Below the pieces are notes generated by a model. It made no database searches and was not told the origin of the DNA. It was given only the letters and a program-made list of their open reading frames with translations. DNA of 56,772 nt, taken from positions 1 through 56,772 of the forward strand of contig JANYCV010000437.1 of assembly GCA_025360145.1 (NCBI GenBank), read 5' to 3'. Both the position numbers and the translations under genes were made by a program. Positions 1 through 9,614 of the stretch are shown here, piece by piece (position 1 is the stretch's first letter; each line of letters starts with the position of its first letter). The stretch is from Acidobacteriaceae bacterium (GTDB lineage Bacteria; Acidobacteriota; Terriglobia; Bryobacterales; Bryobacteraceae).

Positions 1-1704
1 CCGGCGGGCATCCCGCAGATGGGGGCGTCGATTCTACTCTTCAATCGCTACGACCGGCTCGTACAGAAAACCATTTCCAGCGCCAGCGGCCAGTTCTCCT
101 TCGGCGCACTGACTCCCGACCTATATTCCATCCGAATTACTCTCGCCAGTTTTATCCCCGCAGTGAAGCGGAACATCTCCATCCAACCCGGCATGAAGAG
201 TATCCTGGCCATCAATTTGGCGACAGTGTTCAGCTCAATCGAACTGATCTCTACCGGCCCCAGTCCGCGCGCATTGATGAGCGACGACTGGATATGGGTG
301 CTTCGCAGCACCATGTCCTCCCGGCCGGTACTGCGCGTCCTCCCGGGTATCGATATCACCGACCCGGAAGACCGCAACCGCATCGGTAGCTCGGCGGCAG
401 CAGCCATGTTCAGCGATACCCGGGGCGTCGTGAAACTCTCTTCGGGCGAATCGAATCCCTTCTCCAGCGCCGGCAATCAGCCCGACCTCGGCACTACGTT
501 AGCTTTGGCGACGTCACTCTACGGGAACACCAATTTGCGATTCACTGGAAACATCGGGTACGCAGTGAACTCCGCCATGCCGGCCGCCGGGTTCCGAACC
601 AGCTTCAGCCGCGGTGATGCAGGCGGCCCGGAAGTGAAATTGACCGTACAGCAGTTCTCCCTGCCGGTCAATGGCTTTTCGCCCATGGTTGGCGGGCAGG
701 GCCAGCAAAATGTTCCGGCGCTCCGCAGCATGTCGCTTACCATGCTCGACCGTATCGATATCGCGGAAAAAGTCCTGCTCGAATACGGCGCCTCCCTGGA
801 TACTGTCTCGTTCATGGACCGTCTGAACTACGTAAGCCCGTTTGCACGTCTCAGCTTCAACTTCGATTCGAAAGGAACCTTCGCCCTAGCCTATAGCTCC
901 GGCATGCCTCCCGTCGATCTGTTGAGTTCGCCAAAGGGTTCATTAAAGGAAGAGGACGCCAGCCTGCAGCAGGATATTTCCGCGTTGTCCATGTTCCCGC
1001 GAGTGTCGGTGCGGAACGGCACGCCCTACGTGCAGCGGACGCAGACCATGGAAATGGGCTACAAAATTATCGAAGGCAGCCGGACCTACAGCCTTGGCGT
1101 GTACCGGGAAATGGTGGGCAACGGCGCATTGACCATGAACGCTCCCTCGGACTTTTACGATCGCGGCGATCTGCTTCCGGAACTCTCTTCTCCGAGTTCG
1201 GTGTTCAACATCGGGAAATACGCGCGAACGGGGATGATGGCGTCGGTTACGCAGGCCGTGGGCGAGAACCTTAGCCTCACGCTGGCCTATGGCGATGGTG
1301 GCACGCTTAGAACCGACGGCCGAAAACTGATGACTAACGATCCGGGCGAGCTGCGCGGCATGATTCACCGTGCACAGCATCAATGGCTGCTGGGGCGCGT
1401 CGCCGCCACGCTGCCCGTGACTGGCACGAAGATAGTCAGCAGCTATGAGTGGACCGATTACCGCTCGCTCACTCCAGGCCATGTTTATCTGGTCCAGAGG
1501 TTTTATGCCGAGGCTGGTTTGAATATCCGGATTAAACAACCGATCCCGCAGTTTGGAGGGTTGCCGGGCAGACTGGAAGCCACCGCTGAGTTCCGCAACA
1601 TGCTGGCGCAGGGTTACCTGCCGATTTCCACTACGGATAACCGCAGGCTGATCCTCACCAACAGCCCTCGCGCCGTTCGCGGCGGCGTCAGTTTCATTTT
1701 CTAA
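1..1704 (+). CDS. CarboxypepD_reg-like domain outer-membrane protein, 5' end outside window
   Basis: Frame 1 is open from nt 1 (PAGIPQ precedes the Met at 19), so the N-terminus is off-window. The first residues (GQFSFGALTPDLYSIRITLASF) read like the end of a carboxypeptidase-regulatory beta-sandwich. The C-terminus ends in an aromatic residue (GGVSFIF), as in outer-membrane barrels. Confidence 0.5.
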   Translation, partial: PAGIPQMGASILLFNRYDRLVQKTISSASGQFSFGALTPDLYSIRITLASFIPAVKRNISIQPGMKSILAINLATVFSSIELISTGPSPRALMSDDWIWVLRSTMSSRPVLRVLPGIDITDPEDRNRIGSSAAAAMFSDTRGVVKLSSGESNPFSSAGNQPDLGTTLALATSLYGNTNLRFTGNIGYAVNSAMPAAGFRTSFSRGDAGGPEVKLTVQQFSLPVNGFSPMVGGQGQQNVPALRSMSLTMLDRIDIAEKVLLEYGASLDTVSFMDRLNYVSPFARLSFNFDSKGTFALAYSSGMPPVDLLSSPKGSLKEEDASLQQDISALSMFPRVSVRNGTPYVQRTQTMEMGYKIIEGSRTYSLGVYREMVGNGALTMNAPSDFYDRGDLLPELSSPSSVFNIGKYARTGMMASVTQAVGENLSLTLAYGDGGTLRTDGRKLMTNDPGELRGMIHRAQHQWLLGRVAATLPVTGTKIVSSYEWTDYRSLTPGHVYLVQRFYAEAGLNIRIKQPIPQFGGLPGRLEATAEFRNMLAQGYLPISTTDNRRLILTNSPRAVRGGVSFIF

Positions 1705-2144
1705 GATGGCGAACCGGCAGCGGCGCCGCTTTCCCCGGACCACATCGAGACGACAAGGTCGCCCAGTTTTAAGAACGCTTCCAGGTCCTGCGGCTTGTGA
1801 AAATAGCAGTCTGCGCCAAGCCGGTCCACGTCGGCCCGGTCGGCCGGGTATTCGGAAGATGTCAACACGATGGCCCGCGTATGAGAGCATTTTGGGATTT
1901 CTTTCAGTCGCTCCAGCACACGCTTCCCGTCCACGCGCGGCAGGTTCAAATCCAGCAATGCGAAGGAAGGCGCTGGTGCCGTGTCATCGTCACTGAGCGC
2001 ATTCAGATACCGCATGGCCTCCTCTCCGTCGGAGACTTCCACCAGGCTGAAATTCAGTCCGCTCTGTTGCAGGGCTAGGCGCACCAGATAAACGTCGCCG
2101 GGATTGTCCTCAACCAGCAAAATGGTCACCGGTGTATCATTCAT
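1701..2144 (-). CDS. CheY-like response regulator (receiver domain only)
   Basis: Receiver motifs ILLVEDNPGDVYLV, LLDLNLPRVDG, VLTSS and HKP. I chose the internal ATG at 2144 (MNDTPV) because it forms an ATGA overlap with the stop of the upstream kinase gene. Confidence 0.85.
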   Translation of the reverse strand: MNDTPVTILLVEDNPGDVYLVRLALQQSGLNFSLVEVSDGEEAMRYLNALSDDDTAPAPSFALLDLNLPRVDGKRVLERLKEIPKCSHTRAIVLTSSEYPADRADVDRLGADCYFHKPQDLEAFLKLGDLVVSMWSGESGAAAGSPS

Positions 2145-4666
2145 ACTCGCTGTTCTCCAACGGCTGTCGTGAATAGAAAAGTGCAACCGCGTCCAGGTTC
2201 TGATTGTACCCAAATCCGGCCCCCATGCCGGTCCACAATCCGCTGACAGATCGCCAACCCAATCCCGGTGCCTGGATACTGCTTACCGTGCAGGCGCTTG
2301 AAAACCCCGAACACCTGCTTCAAATACGGCGCCTCAATCCCGATTCCATTATCTTGCACGGAAAACACCCATTCCGTTCCCTCTTTCCGGCAGCCCACAT
2401 GAATGAAAGGGATCTGTTCTCCCCGATACTTGATCGCATTGCCTACTAGATTCTGAAATAGCTGGACCAGATGTATTTCCGCCATAAATACTACAGGCAG
2501 ATCTCCGTAAGTAATGTGGGCACCGCACTCTTCAATCGCCGTATTTAGATTCACCAGGGCTTTCTGAAGCGCTTTCGCCGCACTCACGCCCGTGGCCGGC
2601 CCCTTCACCACCTCGATGGTGGCTTGGGAATAAGCCAGCAGATCGCGCAGCAAAAGATCCATTTGCCGGGCTCCATCCACGGCGAACCGGATGAAAGTGT
2701 CCGCTTCGGCGTCAATCTTTCCTTCGTACTTCTTCTTCAGCATCTGGGAATAGATCGACACCATTCGCAGTGGCTCTTGCAGATCGTGGCTCGCCGCGTA
2801 GGCAAACTGCTCCAGATCGGCGTTGGACCGGCGCAGCAGAATATTGGTATTGGAAATTTCAGCCTCGGCGGCCCGGCGGTCGGTAATATCGGTGTGAACA
2901 CCCACCCATTCCCGGATTAACCCGTCTTCATTCCTCACCGGCACTGCTTGGATCGAAAATAGCCGGTAGACGCCGTCGAACCGCCGCACTCTGTGTTCAA
3001 AAGCGAATGGACGCTCCGCAGCCACACTCCGGTTCCATTCATCGATGGTGGGCTGTGCGTCGTCGGGATGGACCGCCTTCGCCCAGCCGTATCCCTGAGA
3101 TTCCTCGAAGGACTGCCCGGTAAAAGCCGCCCAGCCACTCTGTTCACCCATCATCTGTCCGTCGGAATTGTTGGTCCAGACTATCTCGCTCATAGTCTGC
3201 ACGGCAGTCCGGAAACGCGCTTCGCTGTCCCGCAGTGCCTGTTCGCTCAGCGTAATGGCCATTTCACTACGCTTGCGTTCGGAGATATCGTTTAGATATA
3301 CCGTGATTCCTTTTTCATGCCCAGGATAGGCGCGCAATTCAAACCAGGCATTCAGCGGTGCGTAGAAGCTGTCGAAATGCGCCGGGGTACGGTCGGCTGC
3401 GACACGCCGTAAGTTGGCCTCCACCTCGGACCCCAACAGTTTCGGGAAATCCTGCCAGATTGTCTTACCGGCGATCTGCTCCTTCGGCCACCCTAGTATC
3501 TTCTCCGCCGCCGCGTTGGCATACACGAACTTCCACTCGTCATCCAGCGCCAGGAAGCCGTCGGTGATACTCTCCAGCACATTCTGGATTTTCGCATTCG
3601 AGGAAGCCAGCGAGTCCTCCGCGTTCCTGCGTTCCGTGATATCCCGGAATACAAGGACAACGCCCAGCATCTGGCCCGATCCATCGCGTATGGGAGCGCC
3701 GCTGTCGTCAATCGGTATCTCGCGGCCGTCCTTTGCCATCAGGACAGTGTGGTTGGCCAGGCCTACAATCTGACCGTTTTTCAATACTTTCATCACGGGA
3801 TTCTCGACCACCGCACGCGTGTGTTCGTTCACAATGTGGAAGACCAGCACAAGTGATTTCCCCATGGCATCATCCTGGTTCCAGCCGGTCAGCGCCTGCG
3901 CCACAGGATTTAGAAAGGTAATATTGCCCTCCGCGTCGGTGGTGATCACAGCATCCCCGATGCTGACGAACGTAGTCATCAGCATTACTTGGCTCCGCTC
4001 AATCTCGGCCCGAAGCCGCTCTTGGCGCGCACTGGCCGATCGAATCACGATGGCCGCCACCACAATGATGCCGAAGAGCATGATGCTTCCGGTCACTACA
4101 ACCAACATGAGGCGTTCCGCTTTGACCTGTCTCTCGTTCGTCCGGACCAGAAATTGCCAGGTCTGGTAGGAAGCTATCTCCGCGCAAAGCTCGCGGATCG
4201 CGTCCATTGACTGCTTTCCACGACCCGTGGCAACGATGGCGATCGCCGCTTCGGCGCCTTTGGTCGATCGAATGTCCACCATTTGCTGGAGTTCGGCAAA
4301 CTTGTCTTTCGTCATGCGGGTTAAACGCTGCACCCGCGAGAACTGCTCGGGATACTGCTTTGTGGCCACCGCAAATCGGTCCAGCAAAATGGGAATCGCA
4401 AGCAATGAGGAATTGTAGGGTTCCAGAAACTGGGCCTCTCCGGTCAGCAGAAATCCCCGCTCCCCGGTTTCCGCATCCTTCATGGTAGAAAGGAATAGGT
4501 TGTTAATGTCCCGCAGTTCGTCTGCCCGTACCACTTCCGAATACGCCAACTGCAGTCCTTGCCAGTCGGCGGAAAATGTAAATCCCATGACGCACAAAAC
4601 AACGAGCGCCAGCCCCAACAACGCGGGCCCGACTACTGCCATTTTGGTCAACGGGGCATTTGGCAT
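2141..4666 (-). CDS. Sensor histidine kinase: CHASE3-like sensor, three PAS domains, HisKA and HATPase_c
   Basis: N-terminal TM segment, CHASE3-like block (DAETGERGFLLTGEAQFLEPYNSS) and a second TM. Three PAS-like blocks each end in DITERR, DISERK or DITDRR. H-box FAYAASHDLQEPLR; ATP-binding boxes DNGIGI and GTGIGLAICQRIV. Confidence 0.9.
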   Translation of the reverse strand: MPNAPLTKMAVVGPALLGLALVVLCVMGFTFSADWQGLQLAYSEVVRADELRDINNLFLSTMKDAETGERGFLLTGEAQFLEPYNSSLLAIPILLDRFAVATKQYPEQFSRVQRLTRMTKDKFAELQQMVDIRSTKGAEAAIAIVATGRGKQSMDAIRELCAEIASYQTWQFLVRTNERQVKAERLMLVVVTGSIMLFGIIVVAAIVIRSASARQERLRAEIERSQVMLMTTFVSIGDAVITTDAEGNITFLNPVAQALTGWNQDDAMGKSLVLVFHIVNEHTRAVVENPVMKVLKNGQIVGLANHTVLMAKDGREIPIDDSGAPIRDGSGQMLGVVLVFRDITERRNAEDSLASSNAKIQNVLESITDGFLALDDEWKFVYANAAAEKILGWPKEQIAGKTIWQDFPKLLGSEVEANLRRVAADRTPAHFDSFYAPLNAWFELRAYPGHEKGITVYLNDISERKRSEMAITLSEQALRDSEARFRTAVQTMSEIVWTNNSDGQMMGEQSGWAAFTGQSFEESQGYGWAKAVHPDDAQPTIDEWNRSVAAERPFAFEHRVRRFDGVYRLFSIQAVPVRNEDGLIREWVGVHTDITDRRAAEAEISNTNILLRRSNADLEQFAYAASHDLQEPLRMVSIYSQMLKKKYEGKIDAEADTFIRFAVDGARQMDLLLRDLLAYSQATIEVVKGPATGVSAAKALQKALVNLNTAIEECGAHITYGDLPVVFMAEIHLVQLFQNLVGNAIKYRGEQIPFIHVGCRKEGTEWVFSVQDNGIGIEAPYLKQVFGVFKRLHGKQYPGTGIGLAICQRIVDRHGGRIWVQSEPGRGCTFLFTTAVGEQRV

Positions 4667-4749
4667 CTTGAACGGTCCGTCATGGTGTAAGCGGAATGAT
4701 GAGGCACGGCAACTTTAGCGTCTCAGGCCCGGCACATATTAACATCGTG

Positions 4750-6081
4750 CTACCAGCGCGGCAGCACGCGCTTCCAGCTTGGATCGACACGCTTGCGCAT
4801 TTCAGCTTCGTCGTCCCGTTTCCGGTAGTCCAACTTGTTGTACCGCTCCGTACCACGCGCCAGTTGATCGTAATCCAGGTCGACGCCCAAGCCTGGTTTG
4901 TCGGGAATCCGGACACAGCCGTCCACAAACGGGATGCGGCCGCCCGCCACTACTTCATCAATCCCGGACTGCCACGGATAGTGCGTGTCGCAGGCGTAGT
5001 TGACATGCGGCGCGGAGGCGGCGGCATGAGTCATCGCCATCAGGCTCACGCCAAGATGATTGTTCGAATGCATGGAAACGCCAAGATTCAGCGTTTCGCA
5101 CAGATCGGCCAGACGCTGCTGCGCCCGGACTCCACCCCAGTAGTGCGGATCGGACAGAACCACCTGCACGGCGTCGGCCTTTTCCGCTTCTACGACTTGA
5201 GCGAAACAGGTGACCGCCACATTGCTGGCCATTGGCATGTCGATCCCTTCTTCACGCAGCCGCTTACGAACCTCGGCCATCCCGGCGATCGTGGCCGTAG
5301 GATCTTCCAGATATCCGCCGCCCGAAAGCTCCTCCTTGAGCGAACGCCCGACGTAAACTGAAGTCTGGATCGACCACGCGCAATTCGGATCGATCCGCAG
5401 CGGGTACGAGGGACCAAACTCCTGCCGCAGCGCCCGGATGGTATCGATTTCAATTTCCGGATCCAGCACGCCACCCTTGAGCTTGATCTCGCGGAAGCCG
5501 TACTTGTCGATCATCTGCTTGGCCTGGCGCACCATCGCCAGCGGGTCAAGCCCTTCGCCGTACTCGTCCTCCCGCTGATCGTCGCCCAGCCCGCCGCCGC
5601 CGGCATGCTTATAGAACAGGTAAGCCGAGAATGGAACGGCATCGCGCGCGCGACCGCCCACCACGTCACAAAGCGGTTTATTGAGCGCTTTGCCGATCAG
5701 GTCCAAACACGCAATCTCAATCGCTGCATAGGTGCGGGCATGCCGGTCAAGCGGATTTTCCCCCGGAACCAGGTAGGTCTGGCTGCGCCCGCCCGCCACT
5801 ACCGCATTCTGCGCCGCGCTCTCTTTCGCCGCCTCGCCCGACAGGTCCATCCACAACCGCGTCAGTTGAAAAGGATCCATGCCGACGATGCGATCCCGCA
5901 TGGCTTCCAGCGCCTGCAATGGGCCATCACCGCCGTACGTCTCACTAATGCCGGTTAGACCATCCGTGCTGGTCAACTCGACAATAGTGCGCAAAGCGTA
6001 CGGCGCGTGAAGGCCATAAGAGCTGCGAAGTGGGCCGTCGGCAATCGCGACGGGGTGAAGGCGCAGGCCGGTGATCCGCAT
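4750..6081 (-). CDS. Enolase-superfamily dehydratase, glucarate dehydratase (GudD/GudX)-like
   Basis: 443 aa. It appears collinear with E. coli GudD as I remember it: KLKGGVL, RIDPNCAWS, LEDP, MHSNNHLGVSLMAMTHAAA, DTHYPWQ. Confidence 0.7.
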   Translation of the reverse strand: MRITGLRLHPVAIADGPLRSSYGLHAPYALRTIVELTSTDGLTGISETYGGDGPLQALEAMRDRIVGMDPFQLTRLWMDLSGEAAKESAAQNAVVAGGRSQTYLVPGENPLDRHARTYAAIEIACLDLIGKALNKPLCDVVGGRARDAVPFSAYLFYKHAGGGGLGDDQREDEYGEGLDPLAMVRQAKQMIDKYGFREIKLKGGVLDPEIEIDTIRALRQEFGPSYPLRIDPNCAWSIQTSVYVGRSLKEELSGGGYLEDPTATIAGMAEVRKRLREEGIDMPMASNVAVTCFAQVVEAEKADAVQVVLSDPHYWGGVRAQQRLADLCETLNLGVSMHSNNHLGVSLMAMTHAAASAPHVNYACDTHYPWQSGIDEVVAGGRIPFVDGCVRIPDKPGLGVDLDYDQLARGTERYNKLDYRKRDDEAEMRKRVDPSWKRVLPRW

Positions 6082-6102
6082 CCTAAAATTAGTGGAAACG
6101 GC

Positions 6103-6273
6103 TTACTTCCGGGCGCCGCGCTGAGGGCTGCGCAGCTTGCTTTGCCGGCGCTTTTCGGCCTTGCGCTTCGGCTTGCTGATAATGAACGTGCCGCTACCGA
6201 TATACTTAGTGGAATAGAGCTTTTCGTCTGCCAACTGAGATTCTCCTGGGAATTGAAACTGCGAAGCTCCCAT
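6103..6273 (-). CDS. Candidate 56-aa small basic protein (below the ORF-track cutoff)
   Basis: Hand translation gives MGASQFQFPGESQLADEKLYSTKYIGSGTFIISKPKRKAEKRRQSKLRSPQRGARK. The stop lies 21 nt upstream of the gudD-like ATG on the same strand. No clear SD and no recognised family. Confidence 0.25.
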   Translation of the reverse strand: MGASQFQFPGESQLADEKLYSTKYIGSGTFIISKPKRKAEKRRQSKLRSPQRGARK

Positions 6274-6312
6274 TGTAGCGCAGGTAGTCTATCCTGAAAG
6301 TATCTGCTTAAG

Positions 6313-7566
6313 ATGCGTAAATTGATCGGTATCGGATTTCTATTCGCAATTGGCGGTTTCCTCGTCTGGGCGCAAGCTGCGCCGGACGTTACCAAATCCG
6401 CGTTTTCCGATATCGACGAATCCCTGGCGCGGTTAACCAAAATTACCGGACTGAAGCAGGTCCGCAAAGTGCAATTCGATACCATCGACAAGCCGCGGCT
6501 AAAGGTGTTCCTGGAAGAGCAGATCAAGCAGGAAGTCAAGCCTCACGAAATAAGGGCCGAAGAACTAGCGCTGAAAAAACTCGGGCTGGTGCCGCAGAAC
6601 TTCGACCTGGCAAAGAACACCGTCGAGCTGATGACCGAACAAGCGGCGGCATTCTACGACTATCGAAAGAAGAAATTGTTTCTGATGGATGCGGCCACAG
6701 CCTCGGCCGGAGACCAGGACACGGTGCTCGCTCACGAACTGGCGCACGCCCTCGCCGACCAGCACTTCAACCTCAACAAGTATCTGCACCGCGGCAAAAC
6801 CGACGACAGTTCCCTGGCGCGCATGGCTGTCATGGAAGGCCAGGCCACCTGGCTGATGTATGAGGTGCAGGCGCAGAAGGCGGGCCAGTCGCTCACCACC
6901 TCGCCATCCATCGTGGAAGCGATGAGCCAGCCATCGGAATCCGGCAACAACCAGTTTCCAGTCTTAAGCAAGTCGCCGCTCTACATGCGGGAATCGCTGC
7001 TGTTTCCCTACATGCAGGGTTTGAAGTTCCAGCAGGCCGTCGTGTTGAAGATGGGCAAGGCGGGCTTTACGGAAGTGTTTCAAAACCCGCCGGTAAATTC
7101 GCAGGAAATCCTGCATCCGGAAATGTATATGAATCGAACCGCAGTGAAAAAGCCCGCCATGCCAGCTATCGGGGCAAGGTCGTCTTACCGTATTCTGACC
7201 GGCGGGTCGATTGGCGAGTTCGACCACTCCATTCTCATCGAGCAGTACACAGGCAAGACGGAAGCCGCTGCCCTGGCCCTTCACTGGAGGGGCGGCGCGT
7301 TCGAATTGCTGGAAGAAAAGAAAAAGAAGTACACGGTGCTGCTTTATGCGTCTCAATGGGAAGACCCGGTGAGCGCGCGCCAGATGTTTGACGCCTACCG
7401 CCGGGTGCTGAAGGGCAAATGGAAGACTTTGCTGCCTAAGAAAGAGAGCGCCGCCATGCTGATTGGAGAAGGCGACGACGGCTATTTTCGCCTTCAACTG
7501 GATGGTACGCGATTGACAAGCATCGAAGGCATGAAGTCAATCGGCGATGTAGCGGACTTAAGGTAA
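6313..7566 (+). CDS. Secreted putative zinc metallopeptidase (HExxH, gluzincin-like)
   Basis: Signal-peptide-like N-terminus (IGFLFAIGGFLVWAQA). HELAH zinc motif with a downstream Glu in MEGQATW. Family not recognised beyond that. Confidence 0.55.
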   Translation: MRKLIGIGFLFAIGGFLVWAQAAPDVTKSAFSDIDESLARLTKITGLKQVRKVQFDTIDKPRLKVFLEEQIKQEVKPHEIRAEELALKKLGLVPQNFDLAKNTVELMTEQAAAFYDYRKKKLFLMDAATASAGDQDTVLAHELAHALADQHFNLNKYLHRGKTDDSSLARMAVMEGQATWLMYEVQAQKAGQSLTTSPSIVEAMSQPSESGNNQFPVLSKSPLYMRESLLFPYMQGLKFQQAVVLKMGKAGFTEVFQNPPVNSQEILHPEMYMNRTAVKKPAMPAIGARSSYRILTGGSIGEFDHSILIEQYTGKTEAAALALHWRGGAFELLEEKKKKYTVLLYASQWEDPVSARQMFDAYRRVLKGKWKTLLPKKESAAMLIGEGDDGYFRLQLDGTRLTSIEGMKSIGDVADLR

Positions 7567-7577
7567 ACTAAAGGCTT

Positions 7578-7629
7578 CCGGCTGCGGTTGAGCACGGATT
7601 TGTAGGGCGGACCCCCGGTCCGCAGCCGG
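7578..7629. repeat. REP-like GC-rich palindromic element (TTGTAGGGCGG type)
   Basis: Located 12 nt after the stop of the 6313..7566 gene. The outer 10-bp inverted repeat is CCGGCTGCGG / CCGCAGCCGG. The inner hairpin is GCGGACC-CCC-GGTCCGC. The core TTGTAGGGCGG recurs in inverse orientation at 21742..21773. Confidence 0.6.
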
Positions 7630-7717
7630 CACCCTCGCCAGCTTGCCGGCTGACCGCGTGAAAAATGGTGCGATTGGACCCGGCGATGGATTCAAAGGTT
7701 ATGAGGAGAATGACAGC

Positions 7718-8290
7718 ATGCGGTTTGTAGTGGCAGCCCTGATGGCCGTGGCCTTGGTGGGCGTGGCGCCGGTGGAGGCGCAGGAACTTCCCCGCCCCGC
7801 GATGGATTACGTGATTACGCTGCCCAACGGCCAGACCACATCCGTCGCGAAGTACAAAGGTAAAGTGGTGGCCATTGAGTTTCTGCTCACCACCTGCCCG
7901 CACTGCCAGCGGACCGCCCAGTCGCTCTCCCAGGCCACGAAAGACTTCGGCGCCAAGGGCTTTCAGGCCCTCGGCGTAGCCATCAACCCCAATCCGGAAG
8001 TACCCAAATTCATCCAGGATTTTGGCGTAAATTATCCAGTCGGCACCGGTCCCCGTGAGACTGTTTATTCGTTCCTGCAACATTCCGTGATGTCCCCGAA
8101 TCTGATGATGCCGCAACTGGTCTTCATCGACCGCGGCGGAATGGTCCGGGCACAGTACGACGGCACGGCCGACTTCTTTAAAGCAGAAGATAAGAATATT
8201 CGTGCGATGATCGAAAAACTGCTGGCAGAGCCCGCAGTTAAAAATACCCCCGGGACCAAGACAGCCGTCCCGGCAAAGAGGCCTTCTTAA
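7718..8290 (+). CDS. TlpA-like periplasmic thiol:disulfide oxidoreductase (thioredoxin fold, CPHC)
   Basis: Start moved to the ATG at 7718, preceded by GAGGAG. Signal peptide MRFVVAALMAVALVGVAP. Active site FLLTTCPHCQ. 190 aa, the same length as its downstream paralog. Confidence 0.8.
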   Translation: MRFVVAALMAVALVGVAPVEAQELPRPAMDYVITLPNGQTTSVAKYKGKVVAIEFLLTTCPHCQRTAQSLSQATKDFGAKGFQALGVAINPNPEVPKFIQDFGVNYPVGTGPRETVYSFLQHSVMSPNLMMPQLVFIDRGGMVRAQYDGTADFFKAEDKNIRAMIEKLLAEPAVKNTPGTKTAVPAKRPS

Positions 8291-8863
8291 ATGAGACTTG
8301 CGAAATCTTTGTTGTTCTTCGCTTTGACGGTTCTGCCGCTGGCGGCCGCCGACGTGCCACGGAAGTCGCCGGAATTTGCGGCGCAGACACCGGCTGGAGG
8401 ACAGCTACTTCTCAGCCAATACAAAGGCAAGGTAGTGGTCCTGGAATTTGCTTTCACCACCTGCCCGCATTGCCAGACGTCGGCGCGTCTTTTGACGCAG
8501 CTATACAAGGAATACGGACCGAAGGGTTTCCAGCCGCTCGCTGTGGCGTTTAACGATATGGCCGGCATGCTGGTACCCGATTTCGTGAAGCAAAATGGCA
8601 TTACGTTTCCGGTTGGCTTCAGCCTGCGCGACCCGGTAATGAACTACTTGCAAATGTCCGCCGATGCCCGTCTGTCGGTGCCACAGATTGTGGTTATCGA
8701 CCGCAAAGGCATGATCCGTCAGCAAAGCCTGACCGCGAACGACGATACGACAGCAACCGAGGCAAATCTCCGCAATATGATTGAGACTCTGCTGAAGGAA
8801 CCGGCCGGTGCACCTGCCAAAAAGTCCACATCCGCAGTGAGCTCGGCGAAAAAGCGTCCGTAG
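8291..8863 (+). CDS. TlpA-like periplasmic thiol:disulfide oxidoreductase, tandem paralog
   Basis: The ATG directly abuts the TAA of the previous gene. Signal peptide present; FAFTTCPHCQ active site. Collinear with the upstream copy (KGKVV.LEF, GPKGFQ.L.VA.N, GI.FPVG). Confidence 0.8.
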   Translation: MRLAKSLLFFALTVLPLAAADVPRKSPEFAAQTPAGGQLLLSQYKGKVVVLEFAFTTCPHCQTSARLLTQLYKEYGPKGFQPLAVAFNDMAGMLVPDFVKQNGITFPVGFSLRDPVMNYLQMSADARLSVPQIVVIDRKGMIRQQSLTANDDTTATEANLRNMIETLLKEPAGAPAKKSTSAVSSAKKRP

Positions 8864-8894
8864 TTCGCCGAACTGTTCTACAATAGAGTCTCTG

Positions 8895-8972
8895 GCGCCC
8901 GTAGCTCAGTCTGGATAGAGCGTTTGCCTCCGGAGCAAAAGGCCGTAAGTTCGAATCTTACCGGGCGCACCA
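8895..8972 (+). tRNA. tRNA-Arg (anticodon CCG), CCA encoded
   Basis: Hand-folded cloverleaf. Acceptor stem GCGCCCG/CGGGCGC, D stem GCUC/GAGC, anticodon stem UUUGC/GCAAA with loop CUCCGGA, variable loop AGGCC, T arm GUAAG-UUCGAAU-CUUAC, discriminator A, then CCA. Confidence 0.9.
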
Positions 8973-9087
8973 ATTTTTCCTAGCCATCCTCGACTCTCTG
9001 GCAGAGTTGACAACGGTCGTCCTCGAACAGACCGCATTGTCAACACAAAGCCCCCAACAGGCAACGCGATATTGCTAACATAATGCT

Positions 9088-9378
9088 ATGGGCAATATTG
9101 AATTTGCCTGGGATCGCCGCAAAGCACGATCCAACCTGGTAAAGCATGGCGTCTCCTTCGAGGAAGCACAGACTGTATTTCTGGACGAGAACGCCCGCTT
9201 GATCGATGACCCGGATCATTCAGAAGAGGAAGAACGGTTCCTGCTCTTGGGCTATAGCGTTCAGGCACGTTGTCTGATGGTAAGTCATTGCTATCGCGAA
9301 CCCGATTCCGTGATCCGGATGATCTCCGCCAGGCGCGCGACAGTTCAGGAAGAAGAAGTGTATTGGAGACTCCTATGA
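9088..9378 (+). CDS. brnT: BrnT-family (DUF497) type II toxin
   Basis: FAWDRRKARSNLVKHGVSFEEAQTVF...DHSEEEERFLLLG...IRMISARRAT matches the DUF497/BrnT pattern. Confidence 0.85.
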   Translation: MGNIEFAWDRRKARSNLVKHGVSFEEAQTVFLDENARLIDDPDHSEEEERFLLLGYSVQARCLMVSHCYREPDSVIRMISARRATVQEEEVYWRLL

Positions 9379-9614
9379 GAAGTGAATACGATTTTACGCA
9401 GTCCCGTCAAAACCCCTACGCTAACCAACTCAAGCGCCAGATCACCATTCGCCTTGATACTACTTCGGTGACCTATTTCAAGGATCTGGCGGCCGAGTTG
9501 GGGATGCCGTATCAAAACCTAATCAATCTGTTCTTGAGGGACTGCGCCATACAGAAACGCCGCCCCGTTATTCAATGGCCCCAGGAAGCGCCGAAACGGC
9601 CAGTTGGCATCTAG
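9375..9614 (+). CDS. brnA: BrnA-family antitoxin
   Basis: The internal ATG at 9375 forms an ATGA overlap with the brnT stop. MRSEYDF..NPYA...ITIRLDTTSVTYFKDLAAELGMPYQNLINLFLRD is the typical BrnA pattern. Confidence 0.8.
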   Translation: MRSEYDFTQSRQNPYANQLKRQITIRLDTTSVTYFKDLAAELGMPYQNLINLFLRDCAIQKRRPVIQWPQEAPKRPVGI

